A stretch of 64,000 nt of DNA from Octopus sinensis. Lineage: Eukaryota. Each line of letters opens with the position of its first letter. The stretch's first letter is position 1. Shown one piece after another: positions 1 to 12,040 of this stretch. The position numbers were made by a program, and so were the translations under genes. The notes beneath the pieces were generated by a model. That model searched no databases, had not been told where the DNA came from, and saw only the letters and a list, made by a program, of their open reading frames with translations. Where the stretch lies: contig NC_043009.1 of NCBI RefSeq assembly GCF_006345805.1, positions 70,494,001 to 70,558,000 on the forward strand, in the 5' to 3' direction.

Positions 1-405
1 TGTTAGTGCCATTTTGTGTGAGAAATATAGATTTTTATGTAAAACCAACAGCCCAATGGTTACTGGTTATAATGATAAAAACTATTACACACACACACAA
101 CACCCACACACACACGCACGCACACAAACGCATATATCGCGCTACTGTGTCTCAAGAAATATGGCTAAATTTTGTGTTTGTCTAATTTGCAGTTTAACGT
201 GTTGTATGGTAACGCAAAAACGCGATATTGATTAAAAGGCAGCGGGAGGTTGTTAAGTTTTAATATTGTCAGTGAATCTTTAAGAGGTTAGTGATATATG
301 CACATTGTATACTTAGATAAAGACATGATCACGCAGCATGGCAAACTCTCCTCTGCTCACTGTGGTAGTGGAGAGAGGAAAGCCAAATAAAAGGTAGCAA
401 AATCC

Positions 406-652
406 CTACAGAAACCCCTTGTTGCATGGCATTATCAGCGCCAGTGCTCCGATCTCGTCGCTGAACGTGAAACCTGATGTCACGCTGTCATGTGGAATGC
501 AGTCTACAGTGAAGATACTCAAGGTTACTGTCCTTGCACTCACATGCAGCCTCTGCTGTCGTGACTGTTTGCCCCGAATGGGTCGCTTAGCCATCAGCAG
601 GCCTAGAACAGACGTGGGCACGCCCCCCTCCGTGAATCTTCGCTCGCGGAGC
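406..652 (-). CDS. Candidate coding exon of an unidentified gene (either a terminal exon, or a first exon starting at ATG 594)
   Basis: CpG-rich unique sequence. Minus-strand acceptor ttatttttgggtag|G at 652 with an open frame to TAG at 406-408 (LRERRFTEGGVPTSVLGLLMAKRPIRGKQ...CNKGFL). Alternatively ATG 594 to donor CAT|gtgagt at 544 gives MAKRPIRGKQSRQQRLH. No protein family recognised. Confidence 0.25.
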
Positions 653-769
653 CTACCCAAAAATAAGAAATCACGCACACGCGCGCACACACACATGACG
701 GACTCTCCCGTTGAAGACGACGTATGAGCGTTCAACATTTGCTGAACGATTTGCACAAATGATTTTCTC

Positions 770-900
770 TTGGACGTTCCTCTGTCACCTTTTCCTGAAG
801 AAGAGCCTTGCTCGAAACGTAAAACTAGTTTTCTATCCTTCCCTGAGCGTCTGCTAATACTTTGCATGTACCACGTCCTCGCGTTGTTGTTTTTTTCTTC
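770..900 (+). mobile_element. Repeat-family copy with a hammerhead-like core (Penelope-type tail), family v
   Basis: CTGAAGA(795-801)-a-GAGC-ctt-GCTC-GAAACGT; homologous copies on the minus strand at 9597-9660 and 15201-15260. Confidence 0.55.
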
Positions 901-1436
901 GAAGGGGATTACGTTAAAATTTACGTAAATAAGTAATTTGTTAAACATGCCTAGTCCAGAAACTTCTTGATATAACCTCGTATATACCGTGGTGAATAGA
1001 TGAGTACAGAGCGAAATCAGTTTGCTGAAAAATGACTTGCGTCTTGGGCTTGCTTCTGGACAAGTGGCTTCATGTGCTTTTGTGTCCCGAGATTTATCAG
1101 ATTTATAAATGCAGAACCAGTGAAAGGGATTTTTTCTCTTGGCAATAGTGAAATATTAGGTAGAATGTAACTTGTCGCTCTCTCTTAATTTGTTCGTTCC
1201 TTTGTTTTTACAATTTGCAATCGAATGGTTTTTAATTCACTTTTCTTCGCGCATACATACACCCACAAAGACAAATACGCTCGCGCGCACGTGCGGGCAA
1301 AATTACGTACAGGAACTGCATGATTATCTACACTTGAGATTTGAGGAAAGTTTGGCATCGTAATTTCTTTCGTGGTCTGGGTGTCTACATAGGCGTGAGC
1401 ATACCCGAACAGTCGCGCAAACGGTTGACCATCGAT

Positions 1437-1437
<1 letters not shown>

Positions 1438-1489
<52 letters not shown>

Positions 1490-1509
1490 TTGATAATGAT
1501 GATGATGAT
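1438..1509. repeat. (GAT)n microsatellite
   Basis: Directly visible tandem GAT run with few interruptions. Confidence 0.97.
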
Positions 1510-3179
1510 AGTGCGATAACGCAAACTTTTCTCTCGCCCTGTTTGCCAAATTAAACGGGTTGCAATTCATATTGATTTCTATTGAATTCCCACTGTAACA
1601 TGGTTGGGTCTGAGAATCAACAAGGACGTTAAAGTCATCGTTCATCACCAGGCAACGTTTATCAATGAACAATTGTATGCAACAGAGAAACCCTTGAAAT
1701 ATACACCACATTTGGACCTCCTCTACTCAGTGATGACCTAACTGCCCAATCCATTGGCTTTTAGTTGCCCCCACATTCTCTTGCATATACACACATACAT
1801 GCATTCATGTATATACACCCTGTCACCTGTGTGTATGTGTGTGAACGTACATGTTCCTATGCATATATGGATTGTGAGAGAAATTACGAAACAGCTTGAC
1901 ACGATTAAATAACAAATTTGGTGTTTCTGGACGATGGAGAACACCAGCAGAAGAGACATCAAAACAGATGGCATTGTTGTCTGAAAAAGCCTGTAATTCC
2001 TGACGAAATTTTGGCTTCTGTTCTTAATATGGGGAATTCTTTATAATTTGGATATCAATAGGTGAAAATGAAAATAGGAACACCGCCAGTAAACTCTTGC
2101 CACCGACATTAATCTGACAAAATTTTAATTATTTTAATTATTGTTTGTGTTCTATTTATTACAAAATTAACTATGTGTTAAACTTATCGTAGCAATTGTA
2201 GTGATATATTCATTAAAAAAATTGCTGGAAATTTTTAGGTCAGCAAAGCTTAGTAATTAATACAAAAGAATTTACTCGGCAACCGAGCGGTTTGCTTATA
2301 ATAGCTTCTAAAACTTATTAATTGCAATAAACGTTATTACGGAGCATTTGCCTCTCTAACTCTTCCTCTTCCGCCTCCTCCTCTATGGTTCTTTATCTCT
2401 CATTGGGTGTGTAGCGTTGCTTTGCTCAATGTCAACAAGACAAGTATGAACCCTCCACCGACAGCCCTTATGTTACTACTTTCCCTTATCTCTTTCTTTC
2501 CCCCCTGTCCCCCGTCTATACGATGGGAGGTTGACTGGAGCAATCAACCAACCGACACAATATTTGTATGGGCTTTTTGTTAAATAGAGATAAATAAACA
2601 TACATACATGCAGGCATATATACACACACACATATTCGTACATATATGTATGCATTAGGTGGGGTCGAAATTTTATATTTTGATTCCACATTTTGCTTGA
2701 TGCTCATTTTAGTGTGAGAAATAAATTTACAAATTTTGAAAAGTATGCAACCACCCCTACCCCTCCCATAGCCACCACCACCACCCTAATTCTTTGTTTT
2801 CAATATTGGAAATGTAAGGAACTGTAAACTGTGTCAATGCTATTAACTTTGTATTGCTTAAATACTACCTATATATAACATTTTATAAATTCTATACACC
2901 CCACCACTCACCCGATACAAAAAAACAGTTATTGGAATCTTTGCTTATTTATATAGTTTGTATTAATGTTTTTTTTTATTAAAAAAAAAAGCATATATTC
3001 AGAAAAGCACTTTCAACGTAAAAAAAAGAGTAAATTCTATAAATTCTTAACGACTATTATGATATGCAATAAAATAACAAAAAAGTCGCGAACCTCAAAC
3101 GGAATACATGAACAGTGAACACCATAAAACAAGCATAAATAGTGTTTACTTTTGAAATGACTATTGTCTTTTCCAGTCA

Positions 3180-3690
3180 AATTGAGGTCAACTTTGTTTC
3201 GATTTCTGTACATTTAATATGAATGTCAGCCCATTTCCGTCGCCTATCCTGACTTCAGAAGCTTTTGTCACTAAATCGATGACAAACTCGACTCCTTGGC
3301 TGTGACAAGGAAGAGGCATTGGCTATAAGAGTCAGGTATTCTTATTTGTTTTTCACAACACGTGCAGGTGCATATAGCAAACATTTCCTTGAATTCCTCT
3401 AATTCCTTACCAAAGCCATCTCCTCTTTGCTTGATGGGTATTTTGTTTAATTTATAAGCAGATTCAGTCAATCTCCCAATTTTTAGAGTTCTTTCCTCAA
3501 ACCCAATCCAAGGAAAAGAAAATTTGTCCCATATTGTTTGCACATTTGCAGCAACGATCCAGTAACATGTGAAGTGTTTGATATCTGTTCTTCACATTTC
3601 TTTGTGCATTAATAATGTCGGAATACATCAGCCTTTGATGGGGGTCATTGCTGTAGGAAATTCTCCAGGAAATCCAAATGCTGAATTACA
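3180..3690 (-). mobile_element. Degenerate DNA-transposon-derived coding fragment
   Basis: Minus frame reads VQTIWDKFSFPWIGFEERTLKIGRLTESAYKLNKIPIKQRGDGFGKELEEFKEMFAICTCTCCEKQIRIP. From memory this resembles the IW-K-SIP...LFDI-CKC...KVP N-terminal region of invertebrate transposon proteins. Stops flank it; superfamily not determined. Confidence 0.45.
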
Positions 3691-4559
3691 GCTTTTACTT
3701 ATAGTTAGCGTTATATAATTTTATTATATTACAGCTAAAATTTATGTAGGCATTTTTGCAAAACTATCATAGTTTAGCTCTGAAATAATCTGAAAAACAA
3801 AAGAAAATCATTTCACAAATGTATACATTTTCTAAAACAAATTTCATTTCACACATATTGAAAAGTAGTAATTTCACCATGTTGGAGCGGTACCTACCTA
3901 CCAATTGTCTTATATCTCATGTTTTTTTGCTATCTTGATTCATCAGTTGTTTTAAACAAGGTTTCTACAGTGAAATACAATCCAATGTTTTATATCCATA
4001 ATCAATTCTGTATATATGTGTTAGAGATTATAGCATTAATATTTAGTATTTAATTCTGGGGTGCAAGTGTAGGCGAGGGGCACGGGGTATCACATAAACC
4101 TAATTTTCATGATTTCTTGCGAACAACTTGCACTTATAAGTGCTACTAGTCAAGAACTCTGCATACAGGAAGCCAGAAAGTGTATGGGGTCATCAGGAGA
4201 GAATGCGCGCCGTTTCGGGAACTACCTCTCGACGGCATCATTGCGCACCGGCCTCCCTCACTGATATGAGGCCCCACTTGCTAGATCAACTGGTTATAAA
4301 ATAAGCTCAATATTCTTCTAGCTATCGCTCATCGTCTCTTTTTAACCAAATCCAGTGGCTAGCCTTCTTCACTGTAGTTTGGATATCGGTCATGGTGGTA
4401 TTGACTTTACGATGAGTTAGGCCTAACGATAACAACAGTCGACTCACATTGTGTCCAACAAACCCTCTACATCCAACTTCGATTGGAAAATGTTCCGCTT
4501 TCCAGCCTGCGTCTTGTCAAATTTATTCTACGTTGTTTTTACCTTTACCTACACGTGTG

Positions 4560-4580
4560 TGTGTATATATGTATATATAT

Positions 4581-4636
<56 letters not shown>

Positions 4637-4641
4637 ATATA

Positions 4642-4709
<68 letters not shown>

Positions 4710-4764
4710 ACATACATATATATAAATATATCTATATCTATATATATACAAATATATATATATA
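4560..4764. repeat. (TA)n-rich microsatellite
   Basis: Visible; abuts the left end of the 4765-5612 element. Confidence 0.95.
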
Positions 4765-4810
4765 TGAATAAATAAATGGAGTTAAACACAAGTGTTATTC
4801 AAATTCTTTT

Positions 4811-4899
4811 ACTTCCGACACATGTTTCGAAGATATCACTGGTATTATTCTAGAGGAATAAAATGGTGTAGAACAATGTAATCTTCTCTTCAGGAAAGT
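4811..4899 (-). ncRNA. Type I hammerhead ribozyme motif, intact core
   Basis: Minus strand: stem I ACTTTC/GGAAGT; CTGAAGA (4893-4887); stem II GAAGAT/ATCTTC with a large loop; GAA-ACATGTGT-C, giving a GUC triplet (C17 = 4817). Confidence 0.75.
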
Positions 4900-5323
4900 G
4901 AAGAAATGAAACACGCCAATAAGACATTTTAACCGAAAATGATGGATATTTATAGTGATTAACATTTTTCTAAACACAATTACAGAGCGTGCATACCGAT
5001 GTAAACATTGGCAATAACCCTCCTTTAATTCTTATATAAGTGATATTCATCATTATATATAATTTAAACATTAATTTTCTTCTTACATTTCACATTCACT
5101 AGATATATATTTTCCAAGTCTATATGGTTCTATTTAATCTATATAGTTATATACTTCTCATTTATTTAGTTATTCTTTCCATTATGCCTTCTCTTTCTGT
5201 TGTCTACCTTTGACGTTATATCCTATAACATCTTTTTGAAACAATCTCAATAGCGTTCAGTAAATCACCATGCATATCCATCATTTTCTGTTAAAATGTC
5301 TTATTGACGTGTTTCATTTCTTC

Positions 5324-5413
5324 ACTTCCGTGAAGAGAAGATTACATTGCTTTACACCATGTTATTCCTATGGAAATAATGCCAGTGATGTCTTCGAAAC
5401 ATGTGTCGGAAGT
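5324..5413 (+). ncRNA. Hammerhead motif with C3G core mutation (probably inactive copy)
   Basis: ACTTCC-gTGAAGA-GAAGAT...GTCTTC-GAA-ACATGTGT-C-GGAAGT; perfect 6-bp stem I. Confidence 0.6.
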
Positions 5414-5609
5414 AAAAGAATTTGAATAACACCTGCGTTTAACTCCGTTTATTTATTTATATATATTATACAAAATATTTAACGTAAACCCGGAGTTTCT
5501 ATCTTTAAAAACAAGGAGTTACAACATTTTTACTTGTGTGATGTTTTGCTACACTGGTAACTATTTATATATTTTTTTGCGTGTTGTTAACAAGGGGAAA
5601 ATAAAAAAA

Positions 5610-5612
<3 letters not shown>

Positions 5613-5672
<60 letters not shown>
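5613..5672. repeat. (TA)n microsatellite
   Basis: Visible; abuts the right end of the 4765-5612 element. Confidence 0.95.
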
Positions 5673-5675
<3 letters not shown>

Positions 5676-7173
5676 AATGTAGATGTGTGAGGCACAGGAG
5701 ATTCAGTAGATGTGCGTGTGCGTGTAAGCATTTATGCATTACGTCTCTCGACAAAGTAACATTTATCATCTTTACCATCCCGCTACCACTAACTCTCAAT
5801 TTCAACGTTCCCCTATAAACTTGCCATGATGACCCTCCCTGTCTCTCTCTAACACTTTTCCCTTTCTCTTTTCCTCTGTGATGTAAACTAAAAGAAGACA
5901 GGGTAAAATGAACCAGACATCATTTTAGCCAACGTACGTCGGCCATAGTAATATAGAGACGATGACCAGAGTGATACTGATGAGAACGATGATGATAACA
6001 TTGACGACGTTGACGATGTTGATGGTAATGTATACGACGATGATGATGATAATGGTGAAGCTCTTTAACCACAGGTAAGCCTTCACTGAGCAGAATTATG
6101 ATCATACATTTACCAGGCCTAATCATCTTTTTGTTTTATTTCTGGAGTATTTGGGATTGTTTTCTCCAGCGTGTAGGTTTTAGTTTTTAATAAAACAAGG
6201 GGATTTCGTTCCTATTTAAAGCATATTCAGTGACCACGGGGCGGCACCCTTCACCTGTGTCATAGTAAATAAATGACTGTTTGAATGAACACATGATATA
6301 AATAAATAAATATAAATAAGTGCTAATTGAATTAATCAAAGCCATGTTGTTAGTTAACCCGAGTCATCCCGTGTGGTTGAGACACGATCGCAAATACTCC
6401 AATCCTGGCCACATTGTCGAGTTGCTCCAGACTTCTATGAGAGCGTTAACCCATATGTCCTTTTAATCTCGGTGTAGCTGTGATTTGGAGAAGGATCACT
6501 GCTATTTCTAATAAGTTGAGAGATCATACAGATATCATCATCCCCTTGAACAAAGATCTGTTGCTGAAGCCGAAGTACAGCATTGATTAAGCTGAAGAAT
6601 CTAGAAAGATATTCCAACCGTTGCTCTTGTATTTTTCATAGCACTCAAGTCATGATCCACATAGAGGTACCAGTTCTGAGAATAATTTGCATGATTCGAG
6701 GGAGATTCGGCTGCAATTTCTTGCATATCAAGTAATAACATGGTATTTGATATGATAATGGTGATGGTGATGATATTGATGGGAAGGAGGTAGAAGATGT
6801 AAGGTTGCTGCTGCTGCTGACGACGACATTTGACCCGTCCTATTGTGAATAAATTCATTAATGATACTGGTGGTTGCGTCTGTTTGTGATGGCGATGGCG
6901 GTGCCCGATATAATGGTTGCAGTGATTGTGAGAAACAGGATAGTGAGGGCGCAGGCGTGGCGGCGACGGCAGCGGCGAAGGTGGCGACCATGGCTTGTAT
7001 TTGCGACCTTGCGATGTGGTAGTTCAGAAGGGAATAATAGTTAGTAGTAGTAGTAGAGTTGGTAGTGGTGTCAGAGTGGGTGACATGTTTGTAGTGGCAG
7101 TCGTGAGGTTGGTGCTGGTGGTGGCGATTTACGGTGAGTGAGGTGAGAAACACTGCTGCAAGATACTATTCAC

Positions 7174-7205
<32 letters not shown>

Positions 7206-7869
7206 AAAGGAGTAGAATAAATTTCTGGCAAGAACTTCAATATCAGATTTCCACCTTAATCCAATCAGATCACCGTTATCATCAGTTCAACTTTCATTCG
7301 GAACGTCTGGTCATTAATTCGCTATGAGAAATATCTGATCTTAATGATATGAGGACAATGGCAGAGTTGATAGGTTTCCTTATTTGATGAGTCCAGGCGC
7401 AACTGGACATGAAAGAGATGAAGCCAAAGAAAGTAGTTAGTTTTATGATATTATCAGAGCACCTGTTAATAGGAATAGTAATTCGATAAGGTGTTGCTAC
7501 TGGTTATTTGACAGATGAATTCAAGCTAATTAGCAGCGAAAGGAACGGCTCTTAGTGACGTCATGTGATAAGGTGCTTCAGCAACAAAATAGAGATTAAT
7601 TTAATGACAGATATCATATATTCGTTTGACAAAATAAAATACTTTGTTTCTTTTCTACTTCGCTTGCATTCTCAACTTTTCTCGGCTTTTATTGTATATT
7701 TATAATTTAATCATAACATACCGGGAAAATATTTTGATTTTGATATTTGAAGTCTAAATTAATATGTTTATACAGCATGCTATCTCTCCCTCTCTCTTTC
7801 AATTTCTCTCTTTCTCTCTCTCTCTATCCCTGTCACACCAGCAAAAACTTCATATGTAAACACGTAATG

Positions 7870-7887
7870 CACACACACACACACACA

Positions 7888-7974
<87 letters not shown>

Positions 7975-8046
7975 GCACACCTGAATGTATGTATGTATGT
8001 ATGTATGTATGTACCTATGTATTTGTGTATGCATGTATGTATGTAT
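7870..8046. repeat. Compound (CA)n-(TA)n-(TATG)n microsatellite
   Basis: Visible. Confidence 0.95.
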
Positions 8047-9513
8047 ATCTGTCTAGTGGAGAACTCCTCGTTGAGTAATTTCTACTTCCGAGTTTCTGCT
8101 AGCTGGGAAAATATGTAGCCTAGATTTTACTTGCTCCATTCTCTAAATTTGTTGTGTGTGTGTGTTGTGTGTGTGTGTTTGTACAATATCATATAAACAG
8201 CAGGTTGAAATGTTTCACCAAAAAGGAGAATTAATGCCACTAAAATGACTTGGGTGTTAAAAAACACCTACGTCGCTAGAAATAAGAGCTAAAAAGCTGT
8301 AATATATATACACATAAGTATGCTCGTATATATATATGTGTGTATGTACGTATATTCGTAAATGTTGGCGAAGGGCCAAAAGAGTTCGATCTGGACTACG
8401 ACTGGCCGAAATGATGTTCCTCCAAAGGATCTTTGGGTAACATTATTTGTTCGGGTGCACAACTCGGAGATCAAGTCATCCTCCCCCAGTTCGAGTCGCT
8501 ACTTCTCCGTAATAAGAGGCCACAGCTAATGCCCATTTAACATGGGATAAAAGTGACACAGGAAACATAATTTTCTTGCCAAACAGATTTTTCTAATCAA
8601 CTAACCTAAGAGTATACATCAAGCAGAATATTTGTATAATATCCATTTTCTCAGTTTGTCACACTTGGGAAATCAGCCAAAAGTTCTAGTGACAGTTGCT
8701 TCAGACAGGAAGTGATGCCGAAGGACGCTACCCCCAGGATACACGCAGGAATTATGAGCAGGGTTAATTGTTTGTGGGAGAAATATATTCCAAAATGCTT
8801 ATTATCAAATACATAGCTGATCCTAAAACTACCAATATTTCCTTCATAAGTTAGAGAGTCGGTAAAAAGAGTCGATGGAAGACGTAGAGCATTTAAATTA
8901 GATCCTGACATCGATTTGATTGAGTAAGATCAGCATGGCAATATCCCAGCATAGCTCCAGTCCAATCGCAATAGCATGTAGAAAAATAAAAGATTATATC
9001 TACCTATTTATTTATCTATCTATCTTTCTATCTATCTATCTAGATTAAATAATAAGGCACTAAAAGAGCTAAAAGTGAATGCCTCTCCTACACACAATAA
9101 CATGTGCGTGTGTGCGTGCGTGTTTGTGTGTATCTGTGTGTTTGTGTGTGTGAGTGTGTGTGTGTGTGTGTGTGCGTGTGTGTGTGTGTGTGTGTCTTTG
9201 TTAATATATATTATATCACACCTTGATAACCCTGTTGCCAAGTGGCGAATATTAAATAAAGCATAACTCCAGTTCTCGAAAGTAATGGATTTATTTTATA
9301 TATAAGCTAATTGCCTGCCTGTTTCTCTGGACTGGCATCTCTGATCAGAGCAAAATGTTAGGAAAAAATGATTAACGCTGTTTATACGATTATTTTTTTC
9401 AATCTACAGAGGAACAATACAACTTGTCTCGCATTTATATATAATTCGTAGGTTTGCACACTCATGAAAAACACATGCGCACGCACACACGTGCGTATGG
9501 GTATATGTGTGAG

Positions 9514-9540
<27 letters not shown>

Positions 9541-9545
<5 letters not shown>

Positions 9546-10410
9546 GAATTAAAAAAAAGACGAAGATAGGTGTGCAAACAACAAACAGATGAATTAGTTT
9601 AACGCTCAGAAAGTGAGAAAGTCTTTTACGTTTCGAGCCTACGCTCCTCAACAGAAAGGAACACGGAAATAAACAGGGTGAGAAAATGGAAACAGGTATA
9701 GTGGCTAGTGATCTATCATGGCAAAAGCCGGTCAGAGAGGTCACACAGGAGAGCTAGGAACAAGTGTGGATTGAGAGAAACGACAATAGGAAAAAGCAGA
9801 AAGTACAAAAAAAGTTTAGAAAAGTCCAAAAGGCTGAAACGTCTAGGTGCATAGGAGAGATTTCTCATCAAAGGAAGAGTCCAGTGTAATGTAGAAGAAA
9901 GTCCAAGTAGGGAATTCAGGTAGAATAGTCCAAGAAAATTTCGATGGGGAGGTGGAATAGGTCACAAAAGTGACAAAGGGTACTGACTGGCACCGATTTT
10001 ACTAAAGATAAGAGTTAAAGTAACTCAAAAGCCACAAAACCACTGTCTTAATAATTGACAAAGGCAGTTAAGTCCCGAGCGTACGCAGCGGATCGCCATT
10101 TCGGATGTTGATGTATGCCATCATAATCCTCATCACCGACTCTTAACGTCTAAGTCTAAACTAAACTGCCACTGTCAGTCTTATACGAAAAACCGTTGCA
10201 AACTTGTGCTGATTTTCAAAACGGTAAAAGTGTAAACAGCATATTGAAAAGGGTGGCTCATTAGCAATTAGAACCTAATTAAGACAGTGATTTTGTGGCC
10301 TTTGGGTTACTTTTAACTCTTATCTTTAGCAAAAGAGGTGCTTGTACCTTTTGTCACTTTAGTGATGTCTATTAATTGTACCTTTACGTTCTAATTGCTT
10401 ATTTAACTTT
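9541..10410. mobile_element. (TA)n-flanked composite repeat with a family-v hammerhead-like tail and an internal inverted repeat
   Basis: Minus strand CTGTTGA-g-GAGC-gtag-GCTC-GAAACGT at 9654-9628; inverted arms 9964-10052 and 10278-10363; TA tracts on both sides. Confidence 0.55.
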
Positions 10411-10459
10411 TATATATATATATATATATATATACATATATATAATATACAATATATAT

Positions 10460-10495
<36 letters not shown>

Positions 10496-10522
<27 letters not shown>

Positions 10523-10768
10523 CACCGTCACCGTGACGCACCAGGCTACACATCGCTGGTCACAATGCGCTTCGCATTGTTTTAGCCTTCAAATAATGTC
10601 ATCACGCTGGCTAAGCGAGCAGGCCAACAGAAGAAAGAATGAGAGAAAGTTGTGGCGAAAGAGTACAGCAGGGATCGTTCCGCCCCAATTCCGAAGCCTC
10701 GTGGAGATTTTAGGTGTTTTCGCTCAATAAACACTCACAACGCCCGGTCTGGGAATCGAAGCGCGGAG
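10496..10768 (-). mobile_element. tRNA-derived SINE (5'-truncated)
   Basis: Minus strand begins with B-box-like cTTCGATTCCcagaccgggcg, followed by a body I recall as a cephalopod SINE. Confidence 0.6.
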
Positions 10769-10769
10769 T

Positions 10770-10980
10770 AGATGAAGCAGAAATGACTGAAGAAGGGGAA
10801 TTTTCCATGTGTTGTATGTCCTGTACTCTAGTTTTTTCGTTAAGAAAAATGTCCATTTCCTTGGTTTAGTGTTTATGTTTTCGTTCCTCATTTTGTTCGA
10901 CGTTTTTTTTTTTGGTGTCCTGTACCCATATATGCGTGTATATATACATGTAGATGTAGGTACGTACATATAGGTATGTA
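10770..10980 (+). repeat. Interspersed repeat family (other copies 12076-12245 and 44806-44900)
   Basis: Shared string ...gttttcgtt(c/t)ctcatt...caacg/gacgttttt...gtcctgtacc(c)at...tatatac; two copies start with CTGA(A/T)GAAGGG. Confidence 0.7.
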
Positions 10981-11016
10981 TATATGCATATGTTTTATTT
11001 ATTAATTTGTATACAT

Positions 11017-11049
<33 letters not shown>

Positions 11050-11057
11050 AATATATA

Positions 11058-11482
11058 TAGATGTTTGTATTTTCCCTTGTTAACAATTAACACGGATAAA
11101 ATAGATAAATAGTTACCAGGGTAGCAAAATATTACACAAGTAAAAAAGGTGTAACTCCTTGTTTGTAAAGGTAGAAACTCCGGGTTTATATGAAATATTT
11201 TGCATAGTATATATAAATAAATAAATGTAGTTAGACGCAGGTGTTATTCAAATTCTTTTACTTGCGACACATGTTTCTAAGATATCACTGGTATTATTGC
11301 AAAGGAATAAAATGCTCTAAAACGATGTAATCTTCTTTTCAAATCCGTCCCCCATTCCATTTACTGTTTACTATGAAGAGAAGATTACAACACCATTTTA
11401 TTCCTTTGGAATAATACCAGTGATATCCTCGAAACCTATGTCGGAAGAAAAGAATTTGAATAACCCTGCGTTTAACTCCATT
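11058..11482. mobile_element. Second, oppositely oriented and internally deleted copy of the inverted-arm hammerhead element
   Basis: 11060-11340 is the reverse complement of about 5335-5612. 11367-11482 matches the short arm. Both HHR cores are mutated (TTGAAAA; ATGAAGA). (TA)n on both sides. Confidence 0.8.
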
Positions 11483-11483
11483 T

Positions 11484-11514
<31 letters not shown>

Positions 11515-11589
11515 CTATATATATATATATATTATATATATATTATATGTGTGTGTGTGTGTGTGTGTGTGTACGTGTGTGTATATACG

Positions 11590-11624
<35 letters not shown>

Positions 11625-11669
11625 TATATATATATTACGTATATAATATATATAATAATATATCGATAC

Positions 11670-11701
<32 letters not shown>

Positions 11702-12040
11702 GTGTTAGTCTCCCTTTAACATGAGTTATTTACTGTCGCACTGCTGCTAGTATTTATGTTGGGATGCTGTATAACGACACAAGCGGCTTTGACCCACTTA
11801 TGACACAGGATGCTCCCCCACACGTTTTATTTGCTGTTTTACTTAATTTATTTATATCTAGCCCTATAACGGTTTAAAATTTAACTGACCGATTATAGAG
11901 ATGGCTGGATTTTGATCAATTCCATTACGGATAACAGGGGATTGTTCTTTAGAATATATAAGTACTCTATTGTTACAACTTTACGAGTATGTTTTTGGAT
12001 AAATATTAATTAGCATTATTTACAAAATCATACTTCACCA

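Larger units (their letters stand above)
4765..5612. mobile_element. (TA)n-flanked element with asymmetric inverted arms, each carrying a hammerhead motif (probably Penelope-like-element derived)
   Basis: About 4765-4960 is the reverse complement of about 5262-5462. The right arm extends about 150 bp further, to 5612. (TA)n on both sides. Homologous element at 11058-11482. Confidence 0.8.

Noticed and set aside
4185-4225. Minus-strand GAAAC...CTGATGA pair as a type II hammerhead
   Set aside because: No stem II pairing and no NUH-bearing stem III partner.
4451-4771. Many ORFs of [12 protein letters not shown] or LSIY type (here and throughout the window)
   Set aside because: They are translations of (TA)n, (TG)n, (CA)n and (TCTA)n microsatellites, which lack stops in some frames.
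6435-6617. QGDDD peptide as a polymerase motif
   Set aside because: Short ORF with no other RT or RdRp motifs.
8651-8911. 86-aa ORF with a hydrophobic stretch
   Set aside because: Length is within chance expectation, and competing weak exon models exist on both strands.
10095-10145. GTGATGA-GGAT...ATCC-GAAA hammerhead-like motif (minus strand)
   Set aside because: C3 is mutated and stems I and III have only about 2 bp; at best a heavily decayed relic.
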